Shown one piece after another: positions 23,647-35,408 of a DNA stretch of 64,000 nucleotides. This stretch comes from Podarcis gaigeae (lineage: Eukaryota). The position numbers were made by a program, and so were the translations under genes. The stretch lies in NCBI GenBank assembly GCA_964106915.2, contig OZ066922.1, one strand, 5' to 3'. The stretch's first letter is position 1, and every line of letters begins with the position of its first letter. The notes beneath the pieces were generated by a model that saw only the letters and a list, made by a program, of their open reading frames with translations, was not told where the DNA came from and made no database searches.

Positions 23647-25108
23647 CTCCTGAGGTGATGGGTATCACAAACCTGGAAGCTATGATTGGCCAACCTTCCT
23701 GGAGCATGTGTTCGTGTTGCATGACAACATCACATCTTGCATTCACATCCTGCTTGCAGACTTCCCTTAGGCATTTGTCTATGGTCATTGTAAGAGCAGT
23801 GTGGTGGGTTGGATGGGCCTTTGGTCTTATCCAGCAGGCCTCCATTTATGTTTTCTGTCTCTTCAGCTGTAATGAAAATTAGACTACTATTTTTCCATGC
23901 TGGCACACAAACTGAGCTCTCCAAGACAGTGATATATATCTTGTAATCATTCCTAAATGTATTACACCGAGAGGTAGTAAGTACATGTAGAGTAAATGCT
24001 GCAAAAACTGCTGCATGCTAATTTTTATCACCAGTAAGCTATCTTACTTGTTAAACTATCAGAGAACAAGTAGGAGAGATTTATAACCCAATAATACTGA
24101 TTCAGCTAAAAACAGGCTTTCCTGTTTTTACTTTAGTGAAATATACATTCCTGCATTGAGTCAAAAGCCAATTTGTAGTCCGTTTTCTGATAGTCATCAT
24201 TTTTTTCGAAAAGAAGGAAAAAATGCAATAAAATATTCATTGAGAAAAGAGAGATTATCTACTACACTGTCTCATTTGAACATTGGGTAATTTAACTTGC
24301 ATACCAAAACTAAAAGGGTACGCATACTTCTTAAAAAGACAGGTAAAGTGTCAGGAGTCCAGGAAACAACCTTTTTTAAATAGACTGTGGCAACAGTCCC
24401 ATTGCATCTGCTTCTTCCTGTTGTTGCTACCTTTCAGTAAAACTGATCAATCAATTAACTAATCTGTGGATGTGAAAAGAGTGCTGGATGCAGAACTTAG
24501 TCCCGCATCAATTAATGATTGTCCCTCATCGTCAACCATATTTTATTTATACTGTCAAGTGGTTAATGCAGAACTGCACATAATCTACCACTAACCTTTT
24601 GAACAATGGTGCTACTGCTGCGACATACTTGCGACAAGTGGCTATCTTGAAATCCAGCAGAGCCATCTGAACGCTGTGCAGTTGGATTAGAGAACCACTG
24701 CTTGCTCAGATGGTTCCAGCTGGGTATAATGGACCCACGTATTGGCAGCTCAGTATCTTGCCAGATACTGGCAGCTCAGTAGCAGAGAATATAGCTTTTG
24801 CAACAGCACTCTGCACACCTGTGATTTCCAGCAACTGGTATTCAGAGCCATACTGGCTTCTGACAGTGGAGGTGGAAATAACCATTCTGGCTAATAGGCA
24901 CAATCATCCAATCCTTTTTAAAAGCCCTTGGAGACTGTTCTCTTAATGGCCCATACTTAAAGGGTCATTAGCTCACCAGGAAACTAGCCTGGCTATTCCA
25001 GGAATTGAATCTGTGCTGGATCCATGAATTAAAAGTATCTGTCCTTGGAGGGGCATCACTTTCTACATCCCTCCATCAGGAGAACTAACCGTATATTCCT
25101 ACTATCTA

Positions 25109-26273
25109 CCATATTTTTCGCCCTATAGGACGCACCGGCCCATAAGGCGCACCTATTTTTTTGGGGGGGGGGAATAAAGGGAGAAAAAATTATTTCCCCG
25201 CCCAGGCGCGGGGCTGGGGCGGGGGAAGCCCGAGCTTCCCTGGACCCCAGCCCCCAGAACAGGCAGCTCTCCGCAAGCCGTAGGAGCCCAGTGTCGGGCT
25301 CCCACGGCTTGTGGAGAGCTGCGCGAAGCTTGAAGCCTGGGCGCGCTGAGCTCAGCGTGCCCAGGCTTCGGCATGCAGGCAACTCTCCGCAAGCCGTGGG
25401 AGCCCAGCACCGGGCTCCCACCGCTTGCGGAGAGCTGCGCAAAGCCTGGAGAGTCCGAGAGCGATGGTGAAGTTGCGTGCAGCTTCGCCATTGCTCTCGG
25501 AGCTTGCGGGGCCGGGGACTGGGGGCGGGGAAAGCCCGAGCTTTCCCTGACCCCAGCCCCCAGAACGGGTCCGAGAGTGATGGCGAGGTTGCCGGGCTGG
25601 GGGGATAACTTCCCGACCCCAGCCCCCAGAACGGGTCCCAGAGCAATGGCGAAGTTGCGCGCAGCTTCGCCATCACTCTCGGAGCTTGCGGGGGCTGGGG
25701 GTGGGGAAAGCCCAGCTCAGCGCGCCCAGGCTTTGGCATGCAGGGAACTCTCTGCAAGCGGTGGGAGCTTCGCCATCGCTCTTGGAGCTTGCGGGGTTGG
25801 GGGCGGGGAAAGCCCGAGCTTCCCCCGACCCCAGAACAGGTCCCAGAGCGATGGCGAAGTTGCGTGCAGCTTCGCCATCGCTCTCGGAGCTGGCGGCGGG
25901 GGAAGCCGGAGCTTCCCCCGACCCCCAGAACGGGTCCCAGAGCGATGGCGAAGTTGCGTGCAGCTTTGCCATCGCTCTCAGAGCTGGCGGGGCGGGGGGC
26001 GGGGAAAGCCTGAGCTTCCCCTGACCCCAGCCCCCAGAACGGGTCCGAGAGTGATGGCGAGGTTGTGCGCAACCTTGCCATCGCTCCCGGAGCTTGCCGG
26101 GCTGGGGGGGGGATAGCTTCCTGAAGCCTGGAGAGCAAGAGGGGTCGGTGCGCACCGACCCCTCTCGCTCTCCAGGCTTCGGCGAAAGCTTGCATTCGCC
26201 CCATAGGACACACACACATTTCCCCTTCATTTTTGGAGGGGGAAAAGTGCGTCCTATAGGGCGAAAAATACGG
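25109..26273. mobile_element. Non-autonomous Tc1/mariner (Tc2/pogo-like) element with a GC-rich hairpin minisatellite interior
   Basis: TA|CCATATTTTTCGCCCTATAGGACGCAC ... GTGCGTCCTATAGGGCGAAAAATACGG|TA; 27-bp TIR with 1 mismatch. Confidence 0.9.
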
Positions 26274-26328
26274 TACTTCCTTTTGCTTATTTAGTTGCTA
26301 ATCCACAAGAGGACCTCTCCTCTTATCC

Positions 26329-26571
26329 CAGGGGTCAGCAAACTTTTTCAGTAGGGGGCCGGTCCACTGTCCCTCAGACCTTGTGGGGGGCCGGACTATA
26401 TTGGGGGGGCGGGAAATTCCTATGCCCCACAAATAACCCAGAGATGCATTTTAAATAAAAGGTCACATTCTACTCATGTAAAAACATGCTGATTCCCGGA
26501 CCATCTGTGGGCTGGATTTAGAAGGCAATTGGGCCTAATCCGGCCCCTGGGCCTTAGTTTGCCTACCCATG
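26329..26571. mobile_element. hAT MITE
   Basis: caggggtcagcaaact and agtttgcctacccatg ends; 8-bp TSD tcttatcc at 26321-26328 and 26572-26579. Confidence 0.9.
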
Positions 26572-28106
26572 TCTTATCCCATGTCTGCTAAGCTTACTCA
26601 GGAGTCTTTAGTGATGTACTTTATCAAAAGCTTTTTGAAAAGCCCGCCATTTTTCCTGTGCCACAGCAGCGAGCAGCTCCTGAAATATACTATGTCAACT
26701 GGATCTGCTGTGGAACAGAGTTGAGAATTCTGCTGGTCTATTTGCCATCTCAGTGTATTTGTTGACCGGGTCTGATATTTTCCAAACTTAGTTGTAGGGG
26801 TCAGGCGAAAGGGATTTGTCTTCCATAAAAGCCTTTCCATATGTTACAATAGCAGTGTAGTACATAGACTACTGAAAACAGAACCATGTACTTTGTGAAT
26901 GCAAATTTGTTGTATCTGAGAACGAAGTGACTGGATAAACAGGGGATGCTTTTCAGTCATCTACTGAGTCAGGGTATACTTCTGTCATCATAAAATATGT
27001 TGCTGGTGTATGTATAGTGAGGAGGAACTCACTTAGAGCTACTTCACATTGGGAGGAAATTAGTCAATTTTGGTGTGCTTTTTTAAAACACATTTTCTCA
27101 TAGCCCTGCTTGAATCAGCTGTTTACCCTTAAGATTTTGTAGTGTACAGGATCTGATCTTCCACCCTTTTCTTTTTTTCAAACATACACTTTAGAACAAT
27201 CTGCCCAATTTCCCTCCCCCTTCTTATTCAAATACCTGAAACGGGAATTTGTGACAGCATGAGATTTAGCTTGCACTTTGAAAGTGAAGGAAGGCAGGCA
27301 AGCCAGCAAACGCAGTTCCTCCTCTTTGCTAACTTTGCCTCTGCCACCAAGCAGATATCCTTTTCCACCGCTGTCTCTACTAATCATGCCTCTTTTTCAA
27401 ACTGGCCAAGCCAGCTCTCAATACTGGGTGGAGTGAGAAGGCAATTAAGTATGGCATGAATAAGAAGATAGCAGCTATATTTAAATGCAAACAAATATGG
27501 TTTTTACCAAAGCAGACTGGCAAGTCAGCGGTTTTTTTAAAGAGGATCTTTAAGATTAAAACTTTAAAAATGGTTTAATCAGTTCCCTATTAGAGCAAAA
27601 TAAGCATCCAGCTAAACGTATAGTGAGGCTGCTTGCCTCACTAAGCCAATACTTAACCAGTTCTCTCGGAATTCTGTTTCTGGTTCCATTTGTGGCCTTC
27701 TGTCATGGCTTCTTTCTTCTACAGTGCTGCAAGCGTGTTTTATAACTTTATAGTTTAGCTTTTCTTTTGTCTAATTTGCTTCAACTCCCTGCTTAAATAC
27801 ATTATTTCAACTGGGGGGAGGATAGATTCCAATTGCCCTAATTGGTTAGGCTGCCCAACCTCCTTTTATCTTCAGGCTTCATTTTCCTCTTAACCGCCAA
27901 ATTAACTTTTGACCCTCCTAACTTTGAACCTTTTGGCTTAGAACACACTCTAAAAAAAGAAAGCAACAATTTTATAAAAAAAGAACAGAATATAAAATGA
28001 TGAAACAGTTTCAATACTTCATAGACTGGTGACTTGAAGATCATGATGACAGGTTAAATCTCTACCCTACAACAGTTGTCTGGCATGCCCATGAAACAGG
28101 AGGGGG

Positions 28107-28107
<1 letters not shown>

Positions 28108-28186
<79 letters not shown>

Positions 28187-28190
28187 AATA
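28108..28190. repeat. Compound (TAA)n(CAA)n microsatellite at the tail of an L2-like element
   Basis: Direct reading. Confidence 0.9.
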
Positions 28191-28199
28191 TTACATGCA

Positions 28200-28505
28200 T
28201 TTTAATTTACATGCTGCCCAGCTGACTGGGTTCCCCAGCTACTCTGGGTGGATTCCAACAAACTATGAAACCACAGTAAAACATCAAACATTAAAAACCT
28301 CCCTATACAGGGCTGCCTTTAAATGTCTTCTAAAAGCCAGGTAGTTGTTTATCTGCTTGACATCTGACAGGAGGTGTTCCACAGGACAGGCATGGCTACT
28401 CTGCCTTGTTCCCTGTAACTTCACTTCTTGAGTGAAGGAAACTGCCAGAAGGCCCTCAGAGCTGGATCTCAGTGTCCAGGCTGAACGATAGGGGTGGAAA
28501 TGTTC
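28200..28505 (-). mobile_element. L2-like LINE 3' fragment
   Basis: Minus-strand remnant ...YLAFRRHLKAALYREVF* resembles an L2 ORF2 C-terminus, followed by a 3' UTR like the one at 2452. Confidence 0.7.
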
Positions 28506-30650
28506 AAGAACAAGGTTCATATAACTGAAACCAAAATGCTGTGGCCATAGAGGATACATTTGGATAATTGTTCTCATCTTAATAATGAGAAATGAAAAGG
28601 TCTTTTGCCCTTCTGTCCTTCCTTAGTGGTATCCCTTGATAAGCCAAGTCTCTGATTATGCTTCCAGCTTCAAAAGAAGCCAGGATCATTAACCAACTTC
28701 AAATTGGTTTTTAACATTTTGGTGTTAACCATAGCTTCCCAGTTTGGATAAAACAGGAAACCGGTTAGTTAGTCTGAGTCTCTGTGAAAGTGTCTACTAG
28801 CCACAATGACTATGTTCTTCCTTTACTGTCAGAGATGATACCAGTTAATGGGAATTGCAGATGAGAAGAGTTGCACGCAGGCCCTGCTTGCAGGCTTAAC
28901 ATGGGCATATGACTGACCAATGCAGGAACAGTATTCTGGACTAGATAGGTCTCTGACCTGATCCAGAAGGCTATTGTTATAACCTTATGACTTCATACTT
29001 TATCAAGGCATGTGGCAAAGGAACTTCATGCATGGGAAACGTCCATGCAGAAGCCAAGATCTGGTCACCAAAAATAGCTGAATTCCTTTTTCTTGTTTTG
29101 AGATCCTTTGTGATTATGTTAACAGTTCTGTTATACTTCTGTGCTCAGACATGGATTTCATTTATTCTTCTTTTTTGCAAAACAAACAAACAAACAAACA
29201 AAACCCAGCTTTAATCCCATTGCTAAGTGTTAAGCAAACTCCAAAACAGGAGTGTAAGAAGATAGTGGTTTTTGTTCTGACCCATCTTCATTACAACCTG
29301 CTGTTTCCATGTCCACCAAGTATTGTTATTCTTCTTGCTGTATGCTATTTGACATAATTTACGTATTATGTAAGTTATGATTTTAATGTAATTAATTACA
29401 TAATTATTCCACACCAGCCATTTCTGTGTAAAGGAAGGAGCAAAACAATGTGTTTTTAAAACAGTAATCAATTACATATTGGTTGAGGGCTTAAGAACAC
29501 ACACACAAGAATGTTGTAAGCAAATACCGATTGTATTCACTGGATTGATTTTCATTCTGAATCTGTCAAAAACAGTAGCAAATTCTACTTTCATTTCCAA
29601 TGGAATTTTTCAACATGCCTATCCCCGAAATACACAAACATGGGGAAAAAATAACAATGATGAAAGATAAAAAAAATTATTGAAAGACATTCCAGTAGCA
29701 CCTTAAAGACCAACTTGGGGAAAAAATATTCCAAGCATCCAGACAGTAAAGTCCACATACCACTTCCACTTGCCACAGAAACTAGCAATGAGTTTCTGGA
29801 ACTATGTGATTCTTACCAGTCATGTCATACAGTGTTTCATTGTGATGTTTTTTGTCAGCAAGAACTTGCTGCAATTGATCTTAATTCCTTGTCTTCACAC
29901 ATGTTTTCCTTGAACACTTCCTTCCTTGTCCCTTGTAAGTTTGTATTTTCAGTTATAGTATGTTGGGGATATGCAATTCCAGTTATAGGAGGAGACAGGA
30001 TGAAGCTTGCAAAACAACAACATCAACAACCTGTCATTGTTTTCATCTTAGGGAACATGGTGTGTTTTTCAGCGGTTTTTTCTCATATTTGTGATGAGGT
30101 TATTGGACAACAGATTTGGCTGCTTTAACCTTGATAATTGCAACCTGGTAATTTGTAAAACAACATTGTCTCCATGGGATTCTGCTTTCAGACTTGAAAG
30201 CCATATCCAAGCTGCATCATTCAGTTGTGGGGACAAGGTTCACACTGTCAGAAGTATTTTCTTCATTCAACCTGCAAATCCAAAGAAAGCTATAGAGCTG
30301 ATGGTATTTAGGAATCTTAAGTTTTAGGTTCAGTGCTACCATATGAAAATGACTTTGGAGCTTGATGATAGAGAAACACAGCTTACACTGAGCATCAAGG
30401 TTGAGGTTCCTTTCCACATTTAGAAGTGACATTGCCATATAAGCCTGTCTTGGAGGTGTTTTATCTTTCTCTGAGTGAAGGATAATCTGTTGGGTGGGTA
30501 ATTTAGCTACTATTACTGTTCACTTTAGCTGAAATTCTGGTACATCCCTAGGGCAGATATTCCCTGCACGGTGTAAAGCTGTCATGTGCTGCATGGCGCC
30601 TCCTAAAGCATATTTGCCATTCAAGGAAGTTTGGTCAACTTGAAACCTTT

Positions 30651-30843
30651 AAAGCACTTTTATACCACCTTAGCAGATATGGTATCCCCCAAAGAATCCT
30701 GGTATCTGCAGTTTGTTAAGGGTGCTGAGAATCGTAGCTCCTTTTGAGGGGTCTCCTACCAACTTTCAGCACCCTTGACAAACTACACCTCCCAGGATTC
30801 TTTGGGGGAAGCCACAATTGTTGAAATGGTGTAAGAGTGCTTC
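30651..30843. mobile_element. Old palindromic MITE
   Basis: Inverted pair cccccaaagaatcctgg...tttgttaagggtgctga and tcagcacccttgacaaa...caggattctttggggg; a related copy lies near 37400-37545. Confidence 0.65.
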
Positions 30844-31143
30844 CAGTGGATTTTACCTATATGTCTTTGTTTCTTATCCTCCAGCTATCCTCTTGAGCAG
30901 TGCTTTTTTTTTTCCTAGAAAAAGAAGTGCACCTTTTCAGGATGCCAAAGCTGTTGGGACGCAGCACTGTGCTGCCCGTTGCCTCCGACAGCAAAAGGTT
31001 CTGGTATGCAAAAAAAGAGATGCTGAAACCCAACACAGAGCTGGGCGGGGGGGAAGCCCTGCTCTTGAGCCCCTGGAGATACAACTGGCTATTTTGGGCA
31101 AGTGTAGCAATGGAGAGGTTGTAATAAACAAATCCTGTTACCC

Positions 31144-31728
31144 TAGGGTTACCAGACGTCCCCGGTTCCCAGGGACAGTCCCCAGTTCTGCAAATTTGTC
31201 CCCAGAATGTCCCCAGATTTGCAAATCTGTCCCTGGGAAACGTGGCAGCGGCAGCCTCAGCAGCCCGGAGCTAGCCTGGTAGCACAGTTGACTCTGGCTG
31301 GCTTCAGGAGCTGCTTGCTGCCGTGGTGCCCGCCATTTTCCCTGCGCCACAGCAGCGAGCAGCTCCTGAAGCCAGCCAGAGCCAACTGCACTACCAGGCT
31401 GCCCCCTCCTGGGCAACGGCCACCCGCCCGTGACTCCCGAGCCTTCCCTGATCTGTCAAAACAAAGGGGGAAGGTGATTGGGGAAGGCTCGGGAGTCACG
31501 GGCGGGTGGTGTGCCATTGCCCAGTTTAAAGAACAACAACTCTGCGCATTTATGTTTCACAGAGTGCGAAAGAAGGGCTCTGCACCTTTATACAATTTAT
31601 ACAATATGCATGTGTGCTTGGGCCCAGGGTCTTTTGCCTCGCCATCCCCACTACTGACTCTCTGTTGCTACTCAGCTTAAAAAAAAAAAGTGTCCCTGGA
31701 TTCATTGAAAAAAAATCTGGTAACCATA
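31144..31728. mobile_element. hAT (Blackjack-like) non-autonomous element
   Basis: TAGGGTTACCAGA and TCTGGTAACCATA ends; 8-bp TSD tgttaccc at 31136-31143 and 31729-31736; gtccc subterminal repeats. Confidence 0.88.
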
Positions 31729-34375
31729 TGTTACCCTTTTTAGCAGGTGACACCCAAGCAAAGTCTCTCTAGAAGCAGTAGCTGCTGGCACAGTGCTTTC
31801 TATGGCATGATTCCTTGTATAGTATTTATTTTCCCTGCTCTTAGGGTTGGTATACGTCCAGCACTGAACTGCAAACAGTGAAGGAGGCATGGTAGCTGTA
31901 ACCTTCCCAACATTTCTTATTGATGCATACTAAGAGGGCATTTATTTATACAACCTGATGCACAGAAGCAGCCTGGTTCTGTAGCTCTGGCTACATCAAG
32001 TCTTCAGTAATGGTGGGGAAGGAGCTCGTCAAGAGGACACAAAGCAGTTCAAGCTCTCCCACTATCCTTCGCATGCTCCATCCATGCACAGACATATTTA
32101 TTCTCTCCGTCCTTAGGCAAACCCATCATTATCAACCAATCTTTTTATAGGGAAATAAATTACAAACAGAGCAAAAACAAACAGAAGACAAGAGCACTTA
32201 ATATGTTTAAAGCTGTTTCCATAATCATTTCCTCTGGACATTATTTCTATTGCCACAGCACTCAATATTCTCATTACACGTTTTTAATTTATAATTCACT
32301 CAGTGTTTTGTGTTAAGTGTTTCTGTTGAAGAATCATTGTGTGTTCAAAGTGGCTGTGTCATTTTATTTGTCTATCCCAGTGGAATTTTAGGTTGATATT
32401 TTATCTGTTAAAATTCAAAACAATTCTGACAGTGGTTGAAAAAGACTCCTGGGTACCCAATTTATTTGTCTAAATTCTAAATGGCTTAAACACTGAAGTC
32501 TGTAAAATAAATTATATATAGCTGGGATTAAAATGAACAAAGCCCTGTATTTCCCCTTTGGGAAATGGCTTTAATTTAAAAAGAAAATGATGTTGCTCTC
32601 TTCGTGTAATGTTTTACAGTGAGATAAAAGTTTTATCTAAACTGGCAAAGGGTATGACTTAGAAATTGCTATTGGAGCACCGGCGAAATCATGAGGACAC
32701 TCACAAAAGTTAATTAGCTGCTAGGGGTGTTACTGCCTTACATATCACTATTCTTTTTTTTACTCAGGGTTGCTTCACACATTACAGATTTCCTGCATTG
32801 AAAACACTTTCTATGTAGGAAACAGAGTAAAACCCCTATGTAGATTGATGATGGATTTATGTGTTGATCTTACATGGGCTTCAAATTGTTTCCTACCATT
32901 GAAGGAAACAGTTTCCAGACAGGAAACTGTTTCTTTCAATGCTGCCCTTAAGGAACAGGATCAATTGGAAAATGCATTAGTATGCCAAGGAAAACTTGCT
33001 TCCCTCTTTCCCCACTTTTTGGTAAGTTATTTCTAAAGGATGAGGCACTGTCGATGGGGTGGGTAGTAATGGATTTGGCTAGGGCCATGTGGGAACTTGT
33101 TGCTCTCTTTTCACTCCCTCCCCCCCGCTATATACCCCTTAGTCCATTTACTGCGCTCATGAGAACTGGATTGTGTCCATGGTTACTTGTTCATAAATCC
33201 CATATATTTATATTTTACTATATTTATATCCCAACTTTCCTCCAAGCAGGTCAAGGTGGTGCACATAGTTCTCCTCATCCCTGTTTTTTCCTGTGAGGTA
33301 GTGTTGGGTTTTATGGCTGTGTTGGGATTTCAACCCTGATCTCCTAGGTCTTGGTTCAACACTAACCACCACACAATACTCACTCTCGGTTGAACCTATG
33401 TACTTCTACAGGACCACAACCAAATAGTTGGGCCATACTTTCCCCCTAAATTAAAACTGGATACACATTTACAATTGCAGTCATTTACATTTTTGAGTGG
33501 AAATAGCCCATCTTTGAAGGTGATTCCAATTCCATCTTACTCAGAGCTGTTGCAACTTCAGCACAAAACTAGTTGAGATGCAGATTGCATTTCCTTCGTA
33601 TGACTACGATATGCGTTGGAATTTCAAGAACCATAAACTGCAATCCTGTACGCACTTGCATGACAGCAAATACTATTGAACACAGTTAATGCTTAATTCC
33701 AAGTAAGCATGCATAGAATTCTAGTGTATACTGTCTATGTTTAAAGAGTATTGAACTTAATTTCCAACAGTAGGCAGGATTCAGCCCAGTTAAGGACACA
33801 TCTAGGTACCATTTATCAAAGTGGGAGAGTTAGCCTTTGGTCCTAGGGAGTGAATCCTATTGAACCCAGTGGAACATCAAAATCAGGTTCCATGAACAAG
33901 CTGTCAGGAGCCTTGGACCAACATATTTCCTTCTATTACCCCATCTCAATCATGCACAGTGATGCTATGCACAGTAGTTCCTATTCTAGTTTACAAAAAA
34001 CAACACTTGAGCCAGCAAATTAAACTATGGTTTGATTGCGAACCAAAGTAGGAAGCATGGAATTGCCATGCAAGAAGGAGCATACAAGCCCAGAACTGCT
34101 GGGTTCAATTAGCCATATTATATTAAAATATTAAGGTGGGAGAAGGAAAGTTTGATATGTGTCATTGGGGAAACCTTGTATGTTTCCATGTCTGAGTAAT
34201 GCTAAAAATGGAACATATAGTAACTAAGCAACAAACAGGAAAAGGAATACATTTCTCAGATCTAATCTCAAAGGTTGAGCACTTTCAGAGTGTTTTGAAT
34301 GTCAGCCCTTGGTATGAAAGGCAGTGCAAATAAACTCTACCTTTGCTCACTCGTTGTTGCTGTCCTTCCTGTCAG

Positions 34376-34556
34376 GATCTGTCACTGTGAGGGAGATGAC
34401 GAAAGCCCCCTCATCACACCATGTCGCTGCACAGGGACCCTGCGTTTTGTTCATCAGGCCTGTCTGCATCAGTGGATTAAGAGTTCAGACACACGCTGCT
34501 GTGAACTCTGCAAGTATGACTTCATAATGGAGACCAAGCTCAAGCCTCTTCGAAAG
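34376..34556 (+). CDS. MARCHF1: MARCHF1 RING-CH (C4HC3) exon ([60 protein letters not shown])
   Basis: gtcag acceptor and gtacgg donor; 181 nt, phase 2-0; RINGv signature. Confidence 0.98.
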
Positions 34557-35052
34557 GTACGGTGCTAAGAATTAAATCCAGCCGATGTGAGCTGCCAAAG
34601 CTGAAGTTAACATTTCCAGTCTAGGTCATCCTTTCTTCTGCTTTGTTTGATGCATGCAGCTCTGTGAGTGTGTATTTTACAACACCATCGATCTCGTGCT
34701 GTATCAATTCTCGTATTTCAGCTTTGTCATCTTATAACTGCTATTTGTTTTAATTTCCTTCCGCTGGAATATTACAATGCATATGTCTTATGCATCTGCT
34801 TAATGCAAAGCATTGTATTACAGTTTCTGAGGTTTCTCATTTCCGGTTACCTTGACTGAGACTCTGTATTAAGCTGATCAAGTACATACGACAAATCTTG
34901 CACAGTCAGTTGCTGCTTTGCTGAAATCGGTGTGGAAAAATCAAGTCTCCCTCACTTTCAAATCATGCCAGTTCAATTATTTTGGAGTCCTTGGTCCATG
35001 GTCCCAAATTGGATAGTCTGCTCAGTTTTGCCACATTGTATCCCTAGATGTA

Positions 35053-35408
35053 GGGACGCGGGTGGCACTGTGGGTTAAACCACAGAGCCTAGGACTTGCC
35101 GATCAGAAGGTCGCTGGTTTAAATCCCTGCGGCGGGGTGAGCTCCCGTTGCTCAGTCCCTGCTGCTGCCAACCTAGCAGTTCGAAAGCACGTCAAAGTGC
35201 AAGTAGATAAATAGGTACTGCTCCGGTGGGAAGGTAAACGCTGTTTCCATGTGCTGCTCTGGTTCGCCAGAAGCGGCTTAGTCATGCTGGCCACATGACC
35301 CGGAAGCTGTACGCTGGCTCCCTTGGCCAGTAAAGCGAGATGAGCACTGCAACCCCCGAGTCGGTCATGACTGGACCTAATGGTCAGGGGTCCCTTTACC
35401 TTTACCTT
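35053..35408 (+). mobile_element. Full-length Sauria-type SINE
   Basis: gggacgcgggtggcactgtggg head, (accttt)n tail; 14-bp TSD tatccctagatgta at 35039-35052 and 35409-35422. Confidence 0.92.

Noticed and set aside
25200-26190. CRISPR-like palindromic repeat array
   Set aside because: Vertebrate intron; the spacers are themselves repeats; bounded by transposon TIRs; no cas genes.
25056-26294. Long overlapping ORFs (387, 247 and 185 aa) on both strands
   Set aside because: They lie essentially within the GC-rich minisatellite of a TIR element, give repetitive peptides, and show no transposase or other motif.
30818-31680. ORFs of 154 and 157 aa
   Set aside because: They cross or lie inside MITE sequence and have no recognisable domain.
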